A stretch of 64,000 nucleotides of DNA from Promethearchaeota archaeon (GCA_048940445.1 JBHLON010000017.1:1574-65573), one strand, 5' to 3'; numbered from the stretch's first letter, positions 9,785 through 19,417 are shown. The notes: generated from the letters alone by a model not told the origin. Numbers and translations are program-made.

Positions 9785-10798
9785 CTACTTTTCCCGCCAT
9801 TCTATTCCGCATTGCCCACAGCGGTATTTTTTGCCATACATTCTAGGATAATCCAGAATTATATTGCCTTTATCAACACTCTCATGAATCAACATTTTAT
9901 CCTCATTTCCACATTTAGGGCATTTTCGGCGGCCCTCTGTCTTTTCAATGGTTAATAGGTCATCAGCAGAACCAGGAATACCCGGAGCGGCCCCTGAAGG
10001 ACTTGCAGATTTTAATTCTGCAATGTCTGCTTTTATTTCTTCTGGTGTCACATCTGTAATTACTGCTTTTGTTTCAGATTTAATTGTAGCTGCCATTCTA
10101 TCTGCTTCAGTTTCGGGTTCTAACTCAGACTCTGCTCTCAATTGAACAGCATCAGATTCCTTATAATGTTCCCCTCGCTCTAAAGCAGCTAGAAACTCTG
10201 CATCATCACCTTCTTCAAATATTGTTTCATTCTGAAGCCCAGGGCGATTGGCATCGATTTCACGAGCCCATTGACCTGATTTTACTTTTTCTTTGACATT
10301 ACATTGTGAACCTTGCCATATATAAACCTTATTACCCAGATCAGCTAAAAAACAATCTTCAGTATCTAAGGAAGCTTTAGAAAACGGAACTTGAACCATT
10401 TTCATGGCGTTTATACCTTCGAACTCTTCAGAAGATACCCTATATAAAACATTAACATGTTCAGTAAATCCTGCCCAATCACCAGTAACCACATCTTTTA
10501 AAAGTGTTTTTGCAACATTTTTTTCCACAACTTTAACAGTTCCTAGTGAACTGATAGCTTTTAGATATTCTGCGGACTCTAAGCCCTCATCAATTGTAAT
10601 TATTTTAGCAGCACCACCTCTTTCTTGATCTAACCGTCTTGCTTGAGCAGCTCCGCTTGTCTTCTCATCAACTGAACATTTACTTCCGATCCAAACGTAG
10701 ATTGTTTTTTGGTCATCAAGAAGGTAAACGTCTCCTTTTGATAGAACGGGATTATTGATCTCATTAAGTTCCCCCTTATTGACCAAATATAGTTTCAT
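9785..10798 (-). CDS. two-domain gelsolin/villin-fold protein with C-terminal zinc ribbon
   Basis: Two gelsolin-repeat signatures: 'GDVYLLDDQKTIYVWIGSKCSVDEKTSGAAQARRL' and 'EDCFLADLGNKVYIWQGSQCNVKEKVKSGQWAREI'. An acidic/Pro-rich linker follows, then 'CPKCGN...CGQCG'. Confidence 0.7.
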   Translation of the reverse strand: MKLYLVNKGELNEINNPVLSKGDVYLLDDQKTIYVWIGSKCSVDEKTSGAAQARRLDQERGGAAKIITIDEGLESAEYLKAISSLGTVKVVEKNVAKTLLKDVVTGDWAGFTEHVNVLYRVSSEEFEGINAMKMVQVPFSKASLDTEDCFLADLGNKVYIWQGSQCNVKEKVKSGQWAREIDANRPGLQNETIFEEGDDAEFLAALERGEHYKESDAVQLRAESELEPETEADRMAATIKSETKAVITDVTPEEIKADIAELKSASPSGAAPGIPGSADDLLTIEKTEGRRKCPKCGNEDKMLIHESVDKGNIILDYPRMYGKKYRCGQCGIEWREK

Positions 10799-10921
10799 TT
10801 TGATTTTTCACTTTAATTTATTCTTAAATAATTTATATATCTTATAAAAGTTAGAATATATAAAATCACGTATTAAATTGATTTGATATATATTATAGTA
10901 ATATGGAAAAAACATCGACCA

Positions 10922-12307
10922 TTATTTAAAATCTCCTAAAGCCAAATTTATTCGATTTATGATTTCTGGAATTTGAGTTATATCAATTGAACAGAAGGCA
11001 ATTCTAATACCATTAACATTTTCTCTTATATTTTCAAATGGAATTATTCCTACTTTATATTTTTTTAATAAAAGATCTGCAAATTCAGTCGCTTTAATTT
11101 TCTTTGGATTTAAATTTAAAAATACAAAAAAACCTCCTCCATGAGGATCTATGGATACGTTTTCATTTTTAATTTTCTTCAATTCTGAATTTATTTTATC
11201 AAATCGTTGTCTAAGAACATTTTCTATGATGCTTCTTGTTTTCAAAATATTATCCATTCCTTTTTCCTTAAAGATTTCAGAGGTAATTGCTTGATAAAAA
11301 TGATTACAATTTGAAATTGTACTTCTATTAAAACCAGATAGTTTATTGTCAATTTCTTTTTGCAAACTTTCTAATTCTCTATCATTATTTACCCATTTTG
11401 GCTTCAAGCCTATTGTGACAAATCCTATTCGTCCACCGTACATTAAAAGTTCTTTTGTGATACCATCTAATTTAATAGGAATGATGTCTTCATCGAGCTG
11501 ATGAAGATCATAGAATAAAGACTTATTAATTACATCATCACTGAAAATATAAGGCTCATAAGCATCGTCTATAAGAATTAAAATTGGCTTTTTGAGGTCC
11601 TTTTGAACATTTCTTAAAGTTTCTATCAATTTAGTACTTTCCTCTCGTGTAGGTATAAATCCAGTGGGATTATTTGGAAATCCTATTATTATAGTAATTT
11701 TATTTTGTTTTTCTGATACTCTATAAATTGTATTAACAAGAGAATCAAGGTTTAATTCATTTTTAGCAAAAAATTCAAAAGCTTGAATATTAGCTCCTAA
11801 AAAAGTCTTAAAAATATTATCATAATTTTCCCATCGTTTATTTGGACAGATTATTGTTTCCATTGGATTTAAAAACATCGCAGAACTCATAAAAATCGCG
11901 TTCGTAACCCCTGAAGTTATTAAAGGCATAGATATATACTTTTCAAGTCTTACTAATTTTTCTACCTCTGAATTTAAATCATGTAATGATTTCTTAATAA
12001 TCCATTTCTTCCAAATTTTGCGTAATTCATCTAATCCTGGAATAGAAGCATACGGGACTAAATCATGAATATCTAAATTACCTAAATATTCATCTACATA
12101 TTTCAAATAACAAGGTACCCATGTAACAGAATTATCATTTAAAAAATCTTTTTTATATGCATAAGCTTCTCCAATAGTCCCAATATAATTTGCTTCCTTT
12201 TTCGCTCTTCCTGCCCAGTAAAATATACCTTCAGGTAAGGAAATTCGTTTTCCTAGGTCAGATAACATCTCATATAAAGGAATCTTTTTTAAAGTTTCAA
12301 AATCCAT
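10922..12307 (-). CDS. class I/II PLP-dependent aminotransferase
   Basis: 461 aa. 'GFPNNPTGFIPT', 'LIDDAYEPY' and 'ITKELLMYGGRIGF' (PLP-lysine region). Confidence 0.8.
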   Translation of the reverse strand: MDFETLKKIPLYEMLSDLGKRISLPEGIFYWAGRAKKEANYIGTIGEAYAYKKDFLNDNSVTWVPCYLKYVDEYLGNLDIHDLVPYASIPGLDELRKIWKKWIIKKSLHDLNSEVEKLVRLEKYISMPLITSGVTNAIFMSSAMFLNPMETIICPNKRWENYDNIFKTFLGANIQAFEFFAKNELNLDSLVNTIYRVSEKQNKITIIIGFPNNPTGFIPTREESTKLIETLRNVQKDLKKPILILIDDAYEPYIFSDDVINKSLFYDLHQLDEDIIPIKLDGITKELLMYGGRIGFVTIGLKPKWVNNDRELESLQKEIDNKLSGFNRSTISNCNHFYQAITSEIFKEKGMDNILKTRSIIENVLRQRFDKINSELKKIKNENVSIDPHGGGFFVFLNLNPKKIKATEFADLLLKKYKVGIIPFENIRENVNGIRIAFCSIDITQIPEIINRINLALGDFK

Positions 12308-12390
12308 CTTATTTCTAAACTTGAGATTAGTTTTAATTAAAAGTAGTTGATAAAATAAATATTTAAGTATCGGTGACTTATTAAAAGTCT

Positions 12391-13017
12391 ATGAGCGAGA
12401 ATAACAATTCTGAAGAACTATATAAAACTGACAATAAAATTGATACAATAAAAAAGAAAGACAAGATTGACACCATTCTAGTTAATGAATGGAATAATTT
12501 CGTTAGCAATATTAAAGATGGATTTAGTAAATTTCAACAATCAATAGAGGATCAGTCAAAAATGAATGAAGAATTATGGAATGAGAACAAAGAAAAGATT
12601 AACAATTTCTTTAATAGTACAAGGAATAATCTTGATAATACCATGAAAGATTGGGTTTCTGAAATTGAAAAAATACGCAATAAAAATGAAAAATTATGGG
12701 AAAAAAATAAAAAGATTATAGATACATTCCTCAAAAATACTGGAGAAGAATGGAATTCTAAATATCAGAAATGGTTAAGTGAGCTAAAAGCAAAACAGTT
12801 TGAGACGAAGGAACAATTAGAGACAAGTACAAAAAAGATACAGGAGGATATAAAAAATTGGCAAGATGCAACTCAGAAGAAATGGGATAAAAGCTTAAAA
12901 TCTTGGAGAAAAGAGCTTATTAAAGGATCATATCTATTTTTAGTTTTCATGATTCCAATTCTAATAGTGTTGTTTGTAATTGTGGCGTTAATCAATTGGT
13001 TATTTGGTAGAATCTAA
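12391..13017 (+). CDS. tail-anchored coiled-coil protein with Trp-containing internal repeat (hypothetical)
   Basis: 208 aa. Duplicated ~36-aa unit ('NEELWNENKEKINNFF...' / 'NEKLWEKNKKIIDTFL...') and a single C-terminal TM helix. Confidence 0.55.
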   Translation: MSENNNSEELYKTDNKIDTIKKKDKIDTILVNEWNNFVSNIKDGFSKFQQSIEDQSKMNEELWNENKEKINNFFNSTRNNLDNTMKDWVSEIEKIRNKNEKLWEKNKKIIDTFLKNTGEEWNSKYQKWLSELKAKQFETKEQLETSTKKIQEDIKNWQDATQKKWDKSLKSWRKELIKGSYLFLVFMIPILIVLFVIVALINWLFGRI

Positions 13018-13051
13018 AAATCTAATCTATAAGTTAATTTTTCTCTTATAT

Positions 13052-13711
13052 ATGTGGTATATTTTATTAACTTCTTTTGTATATGCATTAACAGGAGCTC
13101 TATCTCCAGGACCTTTATTAACCTTTACTATATATAAATCTCTAAGACAAGACCGAGGCTACCTTGCAGGCATATTCATTGTATTGGGGCATGCTACTAT
13201 AGAATTTTTATTAATAATTGCTCTTCTTGCTGGAGCGTTGTTGTTACTCCAAAATATTATTTTTCTTATCATTATGGGAATAATCGGTGGAATTATTTTA
13301 GTATTTTTTGGAATCTTAGTAATATATAATGCTTTAATAACTAATTTTGAAGAATATTTTTATGTAGGAAATGAACAACCTAAAGGTTTTAAAGGAAATA
13401 GTTTTTTAGGAGGGATAATTGTATCTCTTTCTAATCCTTACTGGGAAATTTGGTGGATAGTTGTTGGTTTTGATCTCATGATCAGGCTCAATATTTCTTT
13501 CATAAATCCTATAGGGATTCTACTTTTTTTTATCGGTCACGAATTGGGTGATGCAGTTTGGTATTTACCCATCTCAGTATTTACTTACTTGGGAGGTAAA
13601 GTCATCAAATATAAGATTTATAAGTATGCTTTATTACTATGCGGGAGTTTCATGATTATTTTTGGTATTTATCTATGTGTGAGTATTATTATTTTTCCTC
13701 CATCAATTTAA
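13052..13711 (+). CDS. LysE/RhtB-family amino-acid exporter
   Basis: N-terminal 'ALTGALSPGPLLTFTI' LysE signature and about 6 TM helices. ATG at 13052 preferred over the TTG at 13004. Confidence 0.7.
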   Translation: MWYILLTSFVYALTGALSPGPLLTFTIYKSLRQDRGYLAGIFIVLGHATIEFLLIIALLAGALLLLQNIIFLIIMGIIGGIILVFFGILVIYNALITNFEEYFYVGNEQPKGFKGNSFLGGIIVSLSNPYWEIWWIVVGFDLMIRLNISFINPIGILLFFIGHELGDAVWYLPISVFTYLGGKVIKYKIYKYALLLCGSFMIIFGIYLCVSIIIFPPSI

Positions 13712-13979
13712 TAGTGAAGTCACAATTTTTTATTTTACTTATATAGGCATTCTTAGTGAAAAACTTTAAGGTACTATTTAATGGCAAGAAATATCCTAAT
13801 ATCACATAATTATAATAATTTCTGGGAAACTCATTTAAAATAGTAGAATAAATTTCGAAATTTGTCAAAAATTAATAATACTTTTACAATTTTTTTTGGT
13901 TTAAAAATTAAAAATTCATTTGATTTGAGGTCTCTCAATAGAAGGTATAAGAATTTATTTTAAACATGGATGATAGAAG

Positions 13980-14843
13980 ATGAGTGAAAAGCAGATGATT
14001 AAATGTCCTGTGTGCGAAAATAAATTTATTCCAAGGACATTTTATCCTGAAGATGCTATCTTTTCGACTTCTGATGGAAAAAAATTATCTGGGTTTAATG
14101 GCTATTTAAGTAATGGAATCAAACCACCAGAAGCCATTATTAGTACTTGGAAAACTTATTGTCCAAACTGTAATTATGTTTTAAATTTTGTGAAGGAATT
14201 AGTTAAAAAAGAAAAGATTCAAGACAATTCAATTTCCTCAAAAGATATCCAAAATAAGTATAATAGCTACTACTTTGGTTTCCCTTTCGGAGATTATACT
14301 CACTTCTTAAAAGAAGTCTCAAAAAAAGTAGAGAACGAAATAGAAATAACTATGAAAGACTTAAATATGGATATCTGGGAAAATTTGTATACTATAAATG
14401 ATCATTTTAAATTTCTTGTCCGCTTTTTTGCGAGTTTAGAAAATTATTGCGATAATATCCTCGATTTAAAGAATGTGAGAAATCTGCCTAATAAAATTAA
14501 AGGACTGAAGATATCGAAAGATGTGGAACAGGATTTATTACTATTAAATAATATAAAAGACGCCATAGTGCATGGAGAATATGATTTAACTAAGGAAGAA
14601 GAAAATCAAATTAACACTATCTTAGTAAGATTTATTCTTTATCTAATCAACAAACATATCACACCATTAATTAATAAGGAAAAATTAGAAGATGGTTATG
14701 ATTTTATTGATTTTAAGGACTTAAAAATGGAAATAAAAACTTTCCTTAGTAGTTATCTTTATACTAAGTTTAATAATGAACCAAAAGCAAAAAATCAAAT
14801 ACGAGATTATTTAGAAGGAGTTTTTGAGGAAACTTTCACCTAA
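13980..14843 (+). CDS. zinc-ribbon protein with C-terminal helical DUF4145/HEPN-like region (hypothetical)
   Basis: 'CPVC...CPNC' at the N-terminus. C-terminal 'LLLLNNIKDAIVHGEYDLTKEEENQI' resembles the HEPN/DUF4145 helix, but with K/N where the Arg is expected. Confidence 0.45.
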   Translation: MSEKQMIKCPVCENKFIPRTFYPEDAIFSTSDGKKLSGFNGYLSNGIKPPEAIISTWKTYCPNCNYVLNFVKELVKKEKIQDNSISSKDIQNKYNSYYFGFPFGDYTHFLKEVSKKVENEIEITMKDLNMDIWENLYTINDHFKFLVRFFASLENYCDNILDLKNVRNLPNKIKGLKISKDVEQDLLLLNNIKDAIVHGEYDLTKEEENQINTILVRFILYLINKHITPLINKEKLEDGYDFIDFKDLKMEIKTFLSSYLYTKFNNEPKAKNQIRDYLEGVFEETFT

Positions 14844-14894
14844 TAGTAAATTTGTTCATTTTAAATTTCAACTCCCTTAAGTAGATTTTTAAAT

Positions 14895-15155
14895 ATGAAT
14901 AAAATTGAACCTAAAAAGTGCTCTGATTTAATGAAAAAACTAATTACTATCTGCCCAGTATGCAAAATGCATATTTATGGAAAGGATATTAACATTTTAA
15001 ACCTCTCTAATATTAAAGCAGATAGCTGGCCGTTAAATTATATCTATTATCATACATATAATGATTATCCTCTTCATTCATTAACACTCTACCTTGATTC
15101 ACACTTTTCTGTTCGAGGATATGAGGTATCTGATAATCTATTAGAAAATAGATAA
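14895..15155 (+). CDS. small CxxC protein (hypothetical)
   Basis: 86-aa ORF with 'CPVCKMH'. No other support. Confidence 0.3.
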   Translation: MNKIEPKKCSDLMKKLITICPVCKMHIYGKDINILNLSNIKADSWPLNYIYYHTYNDYPLHSLTLYLDSHFSVRGYEVSDNLLENR

Positions 15156-15158
15156 AAA

Positions 15159-17189
15159 TTAGTCATCAGTTTCGAACAAACCAGAATAAGGTTCAAGAAA
15201 GTGATTCATACACATAGGACAACTATTTTGCTTTGAAAGCCAATCAGCTACACATAAATAATGATATGTGCTCCCACAAAAGGGGCAAGTTATTAGTTTG
15301 TCTTGAGCAAAATTAATATATTTATGACATACAGTACATTGGATTTTAGATGCGGCGACTCCTTGTTTTATTTTGACTTTTTTAGACAAGATTTCTTCCA
15401 ATTTTGAGAGTTCAACTTGATATAATCCCATACTTGTCGTTAATTGATTAATTTTTGCATTTATCTCTGAAATACGTTCTCTTAATTCATCTTCAGATAA
15501 TCTTTCAGCTAGAAACGCTGAAAGAGCGAAATTTAAAGGAAGTCCCTCGAAGTTTTCAGTTTGTTTAGTAATTTCTGTAATCTCAGCAAATAAAATAGAT
15601 TCTTCATCGATTAAGTCCTTAAAACTTTTAAAAATCTTATTGATAAGTAATGTTAAGAGAAAAGTTAATTGCTGTTTTTTCCTTATGAAATTATTTTCCC
15701 ATTGTTTAATCACCTGATACATGTCTATATTGCTATCTTTAAAGGTATCTAATTTTTCATATACTTCTTCTTTAATTTCATCTATTTTTGATTTATATTC
15801 ACTTAATAATTCTCGTATTTGTTTTAATTGTGGTAATTCCTCTCGGATTATCCTTGATGTTTTATCCTCGTAATCACTGATCAATTTATTGACTTCATTG
15901 GCTTTTTCACTTACATATGCTCTAATATCAACTCTCAAACCTTCATCTTTAACGCTATTCAAGTATACCATATATTCATCTTTTCTTCGATAAATATCTG
16001 ACGTTAAATTAGCCAAGGTTTTCTTTAAAGAATTTGCCAAATTTGCATAAGGACTTAAAAACTGTTCATATTTTAAAAGCCAAGAGTCAATTTCATCGAT
16101 TATAGATAATAGATTATCTGCTTTTTCATAATAAGCATTCACGATTTTAACAAATTCATCTACATTTCTCTCGTCTGTTTTATTTATCAAAGATTGAAAC
16201 TTTTTATCTAATCCAATAAAATATATATCTATTAGTTGTGGTAAGAATACTTTAACCTTTTCTTTCATAAGTTTTTTTATATCTATTTCTCCTTTCTGAC
16301 CCTCTAAATTGTATTCTCTATCCAATTCGGCTATTTCGTTTAAAATCCCTTTCAATTTATCTTCAATTAAAGACATTAAAACAGGACGCATATTTGCTTT
16401 TAAATTATTAACTATATCCTTTCGCTCGATAACATTAATAAATTCGTCTCCTTGGAATTCTTCAATAACTTTTTTTCTGTATAAAAGATATATCAAATCT
16501 AAATATACATCCAGTTTTTTATCCTGTTTTGCTATAAAATACTGATATAGTTCATCAAAATGGAAAGTTAGTATTATCTCCTTTTTAGATTTTTTTTTAG
16601 TTTTTGACTCCACCAAACTATTTATAAAGATAGATACTTCTTGTACTTCATTCCATTTAATTAGGCTTTCAGGTGGATCATTAAATTTGAAATTAAGATT
16701 TTTTATTTTATTTGATTCTATCCATAAATTCGTGTCGTTATCATATTCTTTTTCGACTTCCGTCGAATGTCTTCGTAGTATTGAAGCAATAACATCTGAT
16801 TCATCAAGAAGAGACTTTGTTTGAGCTAAAAAGTCATTAAGATAATGGTGTTCTTTGAGAAACCTTTTTGTATTCCTCCCATTAGCACTCAAATTTGCTA
16901 AATTGCTAGAGATTAATTTTAATTCCTTCTGAATCTCTTTTTTTAAATTAATATAATAGCTATTTTCTAATTCCGATACTAAATATAGTTCTATAAATTG
17001 TTTAATATCTTCAATGTAATGATTATAATGATTTATAAGCTCTAATTCAAATATCTTTTTTATGAGTTCATCTAATTCTTCCTTATCAGAATTTAATTTT
17101 ACAATCTTATTCTTAAGTTCCAGAATTTCTTCCTTATTATAACCTTTTATCTCTCTGATATCTCTGAAAACATTGTCAAATAGGTACAA
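15159..17189 (-). CDS. long coiled-coil protein with C-terminal C4HC3 RING/PHD-type zinc finger
   Basis: 676 aa. Ligand spacing C-x2-C-x13-C-x2-C-x4-H-x2-C-x10-C-x2-C (nt 15210-15338), with RING-H2-like 'YHYLCVADWLSKQNSCPMC'. Confidence 0.65.
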   Translation of the reverse strand: MYLFDNVFRDIREIKGYNKEEILELKNKIVKLNSDKEELDELIKKIFELELINHYNHYIEDIKQFIELYLVSELENSYYINLKKEIQKELKLISSNLANLSANGRNTKRFLKEHHYLNDFLAQTKSLLDESDVIASILRRHSTEVEKEYDNDTNLWIESNKIKNLNFKFNDPPESLIKWNEVQEVSIFINSLVESKTKKKSKKEIILTFHFDELYQYFIAKQDKKLDVYLDLIYLLYRKKVIEEFQGDEFINVIERKDIVNNLKANMRPVLMSLIEDKLKGILNEIAELDREYNLEGQKGEIDIKKLMKEKVKVFLPQLIDIYFIGLDKKFQSLINKTDERNVDEFVKIVNAYYEKADNLLSIIDEIDSWLLKYEQFLSPYANLANSLKKTLANLTSDIYRRKDEYMVYLNSVKDEGLRVDIRAYVSEKANEVNKLISDYEDKTSRIIREELPQLKQIRELLSEYKSKIDEIKEEVYEKLDTFKDSNIDMYQVIKQWENNFIRKKQQLTFLLTLLINKIFKSFKDLIDEESILFAEITEITKQTENFEGLPLNFALSAFLAERLSEDELRERISEINAKINQLTTSMGLYQVELSKLEEILSKKVKIKQGVAASKIQCTVCHKYINFAQDKLITCPFCGSTYHYLCVADWLSKQNSCPMCMNHFLEPYSGLFETDD

Positions 17190-17308
17190 TGAAATCGACC
17201 AACTTATTACTCAAATTCACTATTAAAAAATATAACATTCAATAAATTTTTTAGCAAATTCCTAGAATTTGTCAAAATATTATAATTCCTAAATTAAAAG
17301 TTTTAAAA

Positions 17309-17382
17309 TGGGAGGGACGGGATTTGAACCCGCGACCTCTGGGTTCCGAACCCAGAATCATACCAGTCTAGACTACCCCCCC
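17309..17382 (-). tRNA. tRNA-Pro (anticodon CGG)
   Basis: Hand-folded cloverleaf. Acceptor GGGGGGG/CCCUCCC, anticodon stem CUGGG/CCCAG with loop UUCGGAA, T arm GCGGG-UUCAAAU-CCCGU, discriminator A. CCA is not encoded. Confidence 0.9.
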
Positions 17383-17490
17383 TTAATCTAAGATAAATTA
17401 ATAGTAATTGTAAATAAATATAGAGAGAATTAGGAATAAATAGTTTTTTTGATCAATAAAAAATTATGTTTTAGAAAAAGATTTTTAATT

Positions 17491-18111
17491 TTATTCTCCT
17501 AATTCCTTTATCTCAATAAACTTTTTTGTTGCTCCATCTTTAGTAATTATTAATAAATCAATTCCATTACCAGACATCGCGTCTCTTTTTATAGAATTTC
17601 TTATAGCTTTTTCTACAAGTTTTTCGCCCTCGACAACAGTCATATCTTTCTTATATTCCGCCTCAAGAATACCATAAGAAAAGAGCATTCCAGTTCCAGC
17701 GGCACCATAGTCCTCAGGTATTAAACTTCCAATTGCATCAAGAGTATATAACTTTGGACCATCTTTGTCCATTCCAGCTACTACTAAATTTGTATACAAT
17801 GGAGCCATCTTTCGGGAATATAAAAAGTTAGAGACTAACTTAGCTAAACTTTGTGTATTTATGCGTTCACTAGCATCAAGTTCATAGAGGTTTGCTTGCG
17901 CTCGAAGGATTTTCACTAAAATTTGAAAATCACCAATAAGTCCATATGCACATAATCCAATAAAATCGGTTATCTTGAAGACTTTTTGCGTTGCTTTATT
18001 GATAACAGAATATCCCCAGGTAGCGCGACGATCACTACCAAGAACTACTCCATCCTTACATTTAATAGCTACTGAAGCCGCTCCTGGTACCATTATTTGT
18101 TGTTCTGACAT
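17491..18111 (-). CDS. 20S proteasome beta-type subunit, apparently lacking the Thr1 nucleophile
   Basis: Aligns by eye along its length with archaeal PsmB ('KCKDGVVLGSDRRAT', 'GLIGDFQ', 'AAGTGMLFSYG', 'RDAMSGNGI'). Has G-A-A-S-V where G-T-T-T-V is expected. Confidence 0.85.
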   Translation of the reverse strand: MSEQQIMVPGAASVAIKCKDGVVLGSDRRATWGYSVINKATQKVFKITDFIGLCAYGLIGDFQILVKILRAQANLYELDASERINTQSLAKLVSNFLYSRKMAPLYTNLVVAGMDKDGPKLYTLDAIGSLIPEDYGAAGTGMLFSYGILEAEYKKDMTVVEGEKLVEKAIRNSIKRDAMSGNGIDLLIITKDGATKKFIEIKELGE

Positions 18112-18362
18112 ACTATTTCAATAATCGAATTATTTTGATCTTATAAATAATAAGAATTAATTAAAATTTTTGTTTACAAATTAAAATATTCAATTTTATC
18201 ATAATAGCTACAAGCATGAAATTTGAATCTGTTTATTAAAGGCCCTTGTCCAAGTTAGAGGTTTATAAATCTTTAGAAATAAAAACCTAATAATGGTTTT
18301 ATTATAAATAATAAAGAAAAGGAATAAAAAATTATAAAAAACCTTCATTGATTTTATTTATA

Positions 18363-19160
18363 TTAGGTAAGAAACTCAAATAGAGTTTTCAGAAATAAAT
18401 CAGGTTCGTGGGGAAATATTGCATGAGCACTGTTTTCAAATAACATAAGTTTTCTCTTTGGTATTAATTCAGCTAGTATTTCACCATTTTGGGGAGGAAC
18501 TAGAATATCTTTTTTGCCTTGCATTATTAAAGTGGGTATTTCCATTTTTTTCAATCTTCGACAAGTATTACAGCTTGCCATAGCTTTAAATTGCCGTATA
18601 TAACTTCTATAGGGAATGCGGCATTTGAGAAGTCTCTGAATTTTATCTTTGATATAATCAGGATTATTAATAATAAAATCCTTAGTAAATACAAGTGGAA
18701 TAGTTGCTTTAGCCATTCTTTCCGGTGTTAGATCCTCAATTGCTCCTATAAAAAGCTTATATGCTGCGAGTTCTGGAGGGACTAATTTCCTTCCCCCACA
18801 TGTTGCTCCCCATAAAACGAGTTTTTCAACATTTTGAGGATAACTTAACGCAAGTTCCTGAGCAATCATTCCTCCCATTGAAAAGCCAAGAACATGGGAA
18901 CGTTCGATATTTAATGCGTTCATCAGTCCAATAGTATCATCAGCCATCATTTGGAGCGTATATTCACCTTCTGGAATATCACTTTGACCTGAGCCTCTGT
19001 TATCAAATAATATTGTTTTAAAGTTGTTCGAAAGTCCTTCGATTAAAGGTTTATCCCATATTTTAAGACAAATAGATATTCCGTTTATCATTAAGAGGGG
19101 AAATCCATCACCATGAATTTCATAATAAATATTAATATCATTTACTCTGACTTTGGGCAA
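18363..19160 (-). CDS. alpha/beta-fold hydrolase
   Basis: 265 aa. Nucleophile elbow 'GFSMGG', 'LLMINGIS' oxyanion region and a C-terminal His ('SAHAIF'). Confidence 0.8.
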   Translation of the reverse strand: MPKVRVNDINIYYEIHGDGFPLLMINGISICLKIWDKPLIEGLSNNFKTILFDNRGSGQSDIPEGEYTLQMMADDTIGLMNALNIERSHVLGFSMGGMIAQELALSYPQNVEKLVLWGATCGGRKLVPPELAAYKLFIGAIEDLTPERMAKATIPLVFTKDFIINNPDYIKDKIQRLLKCRIPYRSYIRQFKAMASCNTCRRLKKMEIPTLIMQGKKDILVPPQNGEILAELIPKRKLMLFENSAHAIFPHEPDLFLKTLFEFLT

Positions 19161-19214
19161 TTTTAACCAACTATTTAATTTTTGGATTTCACAATAGCTA
19201 TAAACATAAATTTA

Positions 19215-19330
19215 TTGAAACTATATATTTTAGAAATAGGATAAAAAATAAAAGGATATTTAAAATGTATGTTTTGTCTGGATTAGAAATTTTACAATGT
19301 AACTTGACATTAACGTTCACATTAATTTCA
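19215..19330 (+). repeat. left copy of a ~115-bp direct repeat (promoter + first 22 codons of the 25153 gene)
   Basis: 'TTGAAaCTATATATT..AGAAATA' plus the coding part. 52 of 66 coding positions are identical to 25153-25218 in my hand alignment. Confidence 0.6.
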
Positions 19331-19333
19331 TAA
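19265..19333 (+). pseudogene. 22-codon remnant of the membrane-protein gene at 25153
   Basis: Translates to MYVLSGLEILQCNLTLTFTLIS*, versus MYVLDGLEILQGSLTLAFALIS... for the intact gene. Confidence 0.55.
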
Positions 19334-19417
19334 AAAGAATAAGTACGATCCCTAGGTTAGGAATTTGTGCTAATTTTCTGCGTTCATTATCCGAATTTTC
19401 TTTAGTCCTCTTCTTAA

